NCBI GenBank assembly: GCA_977018835.1
Contig: OZ361256.1
Location: 496,001 to 560,000, forward strand
Length of the DNA stretch: 64,000 bases
Source of the DNA: Minutocellus sp. GHC0000111
Lineage: Eukaryota
Reading direction: 5' to 3'
Each line of letters begins with the position of its first letter. Position 1 is the first letter of the stretch. Below are positions 57,866-64,000 of the stretch, piece by piece. A program made the translations under genes and the position numbers. A model generated the notes under the pieces. The model was not told the DNA's origin, ran no database searches, and worked only from the letters and a program-made list of their open reading frames with translations.

Positions 57866-59200
57866 ATGAACGAACAAACCCTTCCAGACGACGCCAAACT
57901 CCTCCAGGAGCTAGTCCAGTCGCTCCGCGGCAAGATCGATACTCTCCAATACACCAACGATCAGCTCGCTGGTGTGTTCGAGACCGAGAGGTCCGGTCTC
58001 CTTGCCCAAATCGCCACTCTACAAGCCCAGCTCCCTCCTGCTGAAGGAAATGTCCAGCCAGCCCAACTCACTCACAATGCCTTCAACCAAATGTTCGAGG
58101 AGAGGAACACCGCTAGAACGGAACGGGGCGATGCCCTGTCTCGTCTCGCCAAGAGGAATGGAGAGTACCAAACCCTCCTCATCGAGAGGGACAACCTTAA
58201 AACTCAGCTCAGCAACCTTCAACTCCAATTCCGAGACGAGTATGGTAACCTCAATGACCATGCCGTTGCATCCACCGCCGCGCTTCAATCCCAGCTCGGC
58301 GCTTGTGCAAAGTGCTGCTCCGAGTGTTCGCAGCACAAGGCGAGGCTTGAAGACGTAGCCAAGGACGAGATCGCTCGCCTCACTCGGGATACTCAGCGCC
58401 TCGCATCGGAACGAGACGCCGCAAACCAGCTCAATGCCCTCCTCGGGAAGCAGGCACAGCAGCTCCAGCAGGAGAAGGATGCCATGGCCGAGGACTTTGC
58501 TGCCGCCAACTTTGAAATAGCCAACCTCGGAGGGCAAATGCAGGATCTCCAGCAAGAGAAGAATGCCATGGCCGAGGAGCTTGCTGCTGCCAATATGGAA
58601 ATAGCCAACCTCGGAGGGCAAATGCAGGATCTCCAGCAGGTCAAGGATGCCATGGCCGAGGAGCTTTCCTCCGCCAACGCCGACAGGGTCGACCTCAAGA
58701 TGGAGAAGCAGGGTCTCCAGCAGGAGAAGGATGCCATGGCCGAGGAGCTTGCTGCTGCCAATATGGAAATAGCCAACCTCGGAGGGCAAATGCAGGATCT
58801 CCAGCAGGTCAAGGATGCCATGGCCGAGGAGCTTTCCTCCGCCAACGCCGACAAGGCCCGCCTCAATGGTGAAATCTTTAGTTTCACTTGGACGCTGAAG
58901 GATGTCACCAAAGAAAGAGATGCCGCAGTCAAGCTAAACGCACGCAACCGAGGAACCATTCTTCGCAAGAACGAGGAGATCACAAGGCTCTCCAACAACA
59001 TGGCCGCTGCCATCGATGAGAAAGATACCATGGCCGAGGAGCTTGCCTCCGCCAAGGAGAAGAACGCTCGTCTCCAGGAGAGCTTGGCCAACAAGCAGAG
59101 TGCCGGAGATGGAGACGGATCGGAAAAATCGCCGGAGTGCCTCCATTTGGATGCTTGTGGAATGTCGCTGAGCGTGACAGAGCGGGAGTGGTCGTGGTAA
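57866..59200 (+). CDS. Coiled-coil protein with 28-aa (84-bp) internal tandem repeats
   Basis: Intact 444-aa ORF with five LQQ(E/V)K(D/N)AMAE units at 84-bp spacing (~58463-58850). Confidence 0.75.
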   Translation: MNEQTLPDDAKLLQELVQSLRGKIDTLQYTNDQLAGVFETERSGLLAQIATLQAQLPPAEGNVQPAQLTHNAFNQMFEERNTARTERGDALSRLAKRNGEYQTLLIERDNLKTQLSNLQLQFRDEYGNLNDHAVASTAALQSQLGACAKCCSECSQHKARLEDVAKDEIARLTRDTQRLASERDAANQLNALLGKQAQQLQQEKDAMAEDFAAANFEIANLGGQMQDLQQEKNAMAEELAAANMEIANLGGQMQDLQQVKDAMAEELSSANADRVDLKMEKQGLQQEKDAMAEELAAANMEIANLGGQMQDLQQVKDAMAEELSSANADKARLNGEIFSFTWTLKDVTKERDAAVKLNARNRGTILRKNEEITRLSNNMAAAIDEKDTMAEELASAKEKNARLQESLANKQSAGDGDGSEKSPECLHLDACGMSLSVTEREWSW

Positions 59201-60479
59201 GTTGTTACCTATTGCGATCGTATCAGATCTTTGTTAGAATCTCGGCTCTTTGGGTGCCATTCCCCAACAGGATTGAACAAAGGTCCACAGGATAGAATAG
59301 AGCTTCTGCGATGGTGGCAACATCCAGTATACATGCATGTGAGCAAGAAAGAAAATACTCATTGGAAAATAAAGTCGTAGTAAAGAAGATTACAACAAAT
59401 GATATGATTAGCAGCTACGAACCCGTCAAGACGGACTACGTTCCACGTGTCTACTAGGGTAATCTATAAATCCCTCACACCAAGAACGAGTACTAGACGT
59501 CGTGGCCTTGCCATTTCTAACGGTAGATCGATCGGCGGTGCACACTTCGTCTGAAGTCGATTCAACCATTTCAACGGTGGCTCCTTGCCATCGGAGGTAT
59601 ACCCGGAACATGCGTATAATTTGGAGAGCGAGCTCACACATCAGGGTATTCCACAGAGCAAGCTCCGCCCTATGAAAGTGGGTCACTGCGCCAACGGTGC
59701 CAGGGCACATCCCGCCGAGACAATCTCGAACCATCGCCATCGAGCCATCGAGCCATCGACACCAAGCAATGATCAAGGCCGGATCATCTCGTTTTGGGCC
59801 GCTGTCCCCAAGCGCAAAGGATCCGGCGATGATGCCTGGGGATGCGACGACAATGAAGGCAGCAGCGAGGGTAGTGAATCAGAAGACGAGGACAAAACGA
59901 CTGCATCACGTAGTGCATGTGACAGTCTGCTCTCCATCAATTAAAAAGAAGGCGATCAAAGTGGACGGGTGCTCAATCCACATGATATTCCGCCATCAGT
60001 GTGCGCAATCCGATCCCACAGATTCTTCGATGATGAAGTAAGTAGGAGTTTATTTATTTGTAGTACAGTTTGTAGGACTCTCGTCACGTAAGCGTAAGCG
60101 CAGGCCAGCGTGAATCACGACGGGTGGGAACCTTCGTGCATGACACTGCACTTTCAATTAATTGTAGTGCACTACATGTGTGAGCACGGGCCGAAGAGTG
60201 CCGTGCAGACAACTGGCAAACTCAACTCTTTGTGCAAAGATAGAGCGAGCCGTGAAAAATGCTGCTGGCATGAATGTTGGATTGGATCGCCATGTGCGAC
60301 ATTTGCCTCGCTGATTTATTTGCAGATTAGAGTCAGGCGTTGCACATGCTACGAAAGCTACTATTTTACTTGTGCATTGGTCGTTCAAATTCGAGACCCT
60401 CTCCGGCTCCTTCATGGCGACCTGCTGTATGGGATTTTCAGCACTTTCAACTCGCCAAAGAAGTTGGCGCTGGCGCTGC

Positions 60480-60810
60480 GAAGCTTGACAATTGGCAATC
60501 TGTGGAAATACCGAAAGAAGAATTACAATCGGATTGCAGCTCGGGGCCACGATCCGGTATTGGTGAAGACGATTTTCATAGACGCTGCCAAAAGTCTGGA
60601 TGCAATGTCCAACCGAAAATAGACTCACACAGAGTGCCACCCCTCGACATCACGCCAATCCTACAAACAACTTTATGCGTACGGCGGTAGGATTTGATAT
60701 CCAGCAACTTATAGTTGCCCTCTCTCGACCTCCGAATCTGAGAGATCACCTGACACAAGGCCGCCTCCACCAGGCTCAAGGTAGAGAGGTTTCTACTCAC
60801 CTCCTACCTC
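60480..60810 (+). mobile_element. Decayed C-terminal fragment of a Penelope-like retroelement ORF
   Basis: Across frameshifts: LTIGNLWKY, ARGHDPVLVKTIFIDAA, ECHP/DIT and LIVALSRPPNLRDHLT...GREVS, a motif order I associate with the region after the RT domain in PLEs. Confidence 0.5.
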
Positions 60811-61969
60811 CCACAACATCAACAACTAACGTAGGCGGCCACGATCTTCGATATTGACCTATAGCAGTCACTACCCTATGCAACAGTCATCGCAGCTTAC
60901 ATACATCCTTATCCTTATCCTTGTCTGGTTCTCTAATTGATCGACCCGACCAATGGGACGACTGGGATCCGACAACTCCTAGAATTCGGGATGCGTTGTA
61001 AACGGTAGCGACCGCTTGCAACCACCTGCATCTGTCCGATCTCTACCTCTCCCTGGCCTATCTGCAGAAACTTCTGCGCGATCCCGTAATACGCAGCCTA
61101 CACACATACATACCTGCATGTCGGGTTGGGTCGGGTAGAGTTGGCTGTGTGAGTGGTTCGGAATCACAGCCTCTCTAAAACCTGAACGGCTTGAGAGGGG
61201 CGACGTGGTCCTTCCAGAAGGCCACGAATTGCTCCCTCGTGACGACCTTCATCGTAACACCGTTGCTGTCCTCTTTGTCAGAGCTCTCCATCGCGTCGAT
61301 GTCAGCCTGATCATTGGTTGGGTTGAGTCGGTCGTTCAGAGTCCCGCCCTCACTCACGTCGCCGGCAACCTGCACGTACAAGGCCTCCCTGTTGGCATAC
61401 TTGACGTGGCCAGCATGGGCGAAACTTTTGGTACCAAGGCAGTGGTCGTACGCCCTGTTGGCCTTTTCTTCTTCTTCGGGGCGGACCTCCATCGTGAGAT
61501 GATCGTGCCGGGAGATGTGGGCCTCCTACGTACATGTTTGTGGGCATAGGAGCGCGTGATGTGAGCAGCTGGGCTGGTTATGTATGAAATCGATTTTGTT
61601 CTCCATCAGCAACCTGAAACCGAATCATGTGAATGCTTCTTCGCCGCCAGCGGCGAGGCGCGAAAGGTTGAGGAGATAGTCGAGCACGTCAAGCAGGTCA
61701 TTGTCAACGGCCAGCCCGGCCATTGCATCGGCTGCAGCGGCGGCGTCGTCCTGGTTCATGGTGACGAAAAAAATGGAGCGGCAAAGAGGCGGAAAGAAAA
61801 GATGCGAGACAGCGAGCCGGCCGTGCCGCTGGAATTCTTGGGAGGGCAGGCTCGCAGCGTTTTCTCCTCGCTTCTTTCAGCTTCTATTTTCTGCTTTCAT
61901 ATCATCTTTCATCGAGCCGACGAACGTCTCCTGTCTGCTGCAATTGCTGCAATACTTTGCCTTTTCACC

Positions 61970-64000
61970 ATGGCCGATCGGCACCAGCACGTCCTGGATG
62001 ACGAGCTCATAAAGATGGTTAAAAATGTGGTGGACTTGCGTGACAATAACATCGATTACATCGTCGCCCCGTTCAAATTCCAGTTTGGCGCCGACGCTTC
62101 TCTGCCAGAACCGTATCAAGGATTCGGGTTCCACCACAAGAACCACATGCACCTCATCAGCAGCGGCATTGCAACCGCCGACTATGGATTAGTCGTCGGA
62201 AGCGGAAGTTTCGGGGTGGTTGTGGTCGGCAAGCATCGGCGATCACAGCGTGTCGTCGCGGTGAAGATATCCGAGGCCGCCAAGGAGGCAGATCTGAAGG
62301 AAGCCCGCCTCATGAGGGAGCTCGGACACCACCCGAATATTGTGCACGTTGAGGATTGCTACTATGAGGAATCGAGCCGGCGGCTCTTTGTGGTCATGGA
62401 GCTGATGCAAGGCAACCTCCGAGCGTTGGTGGAGTCCAGGGAGGACCAGAAGCTGTCCGAGACGGAGCTGAAAGTGCTGACCCGTGGCCTCGCTTCTGGG
62501 CTACAGCACATGCACAACCACGACAAAAACGGCGTCGTAAGTATCTACTGCTCGATTTCAATATGTGTAGGGCTTGCATGCAACTTCTCCCACGTACGTG
62601 GCATATGTAGTGCCCATCATCATATCATCATTATCATCATCATCATCTAATCACACTTGTTTCACCGTGCATGCCACACCCGCCACAGATGCATCGCGAT
62701 ATCAAGCCCTCCAACCTCCTCATTACATGGGGAGTTGACAACCAGCTCGTAGTAAAGCTCGCCGATTTTGGTACTGCCAAGCCTTTACCCGATAACACCA
62801 GCGAACCCCAAACCTTCACCGGGACGCTTGGGTTCCAACCCAGGGAGATGAAAGCGGGTGAGGCATACGACAAGTCCTGTGACATATGGAGCGCCGGTGT
62901 TACCGTGGCAGCGTGTGGCGCTGGCAGAGGATATATCGGCGGCGCCAACTCCTCGACGGAAGCTGGCGCAAGTGGAAATCCGGTTGTGGCCGAGCTTCTA
63001 AAAAAGCACAAGGACGCCGCCATTGTCCAGCGTATGGCAATGGCCGAACGCAACCTGAGGCCCACCGCCGAAGATATTCTCAAGGACGACTGGGTAGCCG
63101 ACAGCCCCAACGAAGATGCGGTTAGTACCGAAGAGCTCGAGAAAGCTCAGGGCCGTGTCGCTGAAGTCGAGATGCTGCTCGCTTCAAAGGAGGCCGAGCA
63201 GAAGGAGGCAGTACAGAAGAAGGAGCATGAGTACAGCGAGCTAGAGGCTAGAATGATGAAGGCGGACGCCGAGATTGTCGAGCTCAGAGAAAGGCTTGCT
63301 GCCTGCGGTAGTGCAGAAGCTCAGGCAAATGGGAACGAGGGGGTTTCGGCGAGCAATGATGCGGGCGGAAGTAAGGTGAGCAACAATACTAATTTCTCAT
63401 TTGTATGTATTTTTCTGGCACCACTGATGGCGAAGGGTGCAGTGTTGAATTTTTCGGTGGTGTCGCTCCTTTTACTTGCATCTCTAACACTTTGAGATAC
63501 TGCTACCCCTGTTTACTTTGTGCAAAAGCAGGACGAGGTCCGGCGCAGTGCGCGTTTGCGTTCTTCAACTCGTGGAATTCGATGTGATGATGATGGTAGT
63601 GATGACCACGATGGAACGCTTGCGTCTCAGCAACGCGCAAGTCCTACTCCAGGCTCCTCACCGCGCAACGGAGAGGACGGCTTCGATGTAGAAGGTGCCT
63701 CCCCATCCACCTCCTCGGCCTTAGCCTCGACACAGGCCCCTGCTTACTCCGACACCGTCATTTCGAGCCTCATTGAGGATCGTGGCTACAGCGAACCTTT
63801 GGCGGAAAAGATACGCGGACTACATGGGGTCGTAAATGCGGGGAAAACGGATTGCCACAAGTTTCTCCAGTCATACAGTCCAACTGACCTGGAACGCAAG
63901 GTGTGGGAAGATTTTCGACAGCAGTGCGTCAGCGCCAACTCGTCGAATGGCATTGTCTATGCCATCCTCACCGGTCCCTTCCTCGTCGCCGCCATCGAAA
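61970..64000 (+). CDS. Ser/Thr protein kinase with coiled-coil tail; at least 3 exons (61970-62536, 62689-63375, 63532 to window end)
   Basis: GSGSFGVV, VAVK, HPNIV, FVVMELM, V|MHRDIKPSNLL, KLADFG, GTLGF and DIWSAG. GT-AG introns preserve the frame, which stays open to the window end. Confidence 0.88.

Noticed and set aside
58019..59094. Long minus-strand repetitive ORFs
   Set aside because: Antisense shadows of the coiled-coil gene.
61175..61492. 105-aa minus-strand ORF with coding-like composition
   Set aside because: No recognisable family or clear gene structure, so left uncalled.
1..64000. tRNA, rRNA or other structured RNA genes
   Set aside because: None recognised by eye. tRNAscan-SE or Infernal would be needed to exclude them.

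Overview
Eukaryotic nuclear DNA, most likely a diatom: GT-AG introns, several domain families I recognise from diatom proteins, and a SIG1/mastigoneme-like fragment that hints at a centric lineage. The first ~34 kb hold host genes (EF-hand proteins, a Zn/NADP alcohol dehydrogenase, phosphatidylinositol synthase, a trypsin, a sulfotransferase-like gene), several with frameshifts or stops. Mobile DNA includes two copies of a TTAA-targeting, two-ORF Kolobok-type transposon (6090-10286, 38222-42459), a DD39D mariner-type element (18303-21771), a fold-back derivative of it (35138-38136), a tyrosine recombinase gene (43759-44649) and a decayed Penelope-like fragment. The 47-61 kb region is largely a patchwork of gene fragments. 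Three observations stand out. (1) Repeat copies differ mainly at TpA/TpG/CpA sites, and three of the four expected TA target duplications read TG or CA, suggesting repeat-associated TpA->TpG/CpA hypermutation, the reverse of fungal RIP. (2) The Kolobok accessory protein appears to fuse an RPA70N-like OB fold to a KolX/P2X7-ballast-like domain and is intact in both copies, while each transposase lacks a different catalytic residue. (3) A perfect 11-6-11 inverted repeat lies next to the recombinase block once the Kolobok insertion is removed. All family calls come from recognising motifs by eye; no searches were run.
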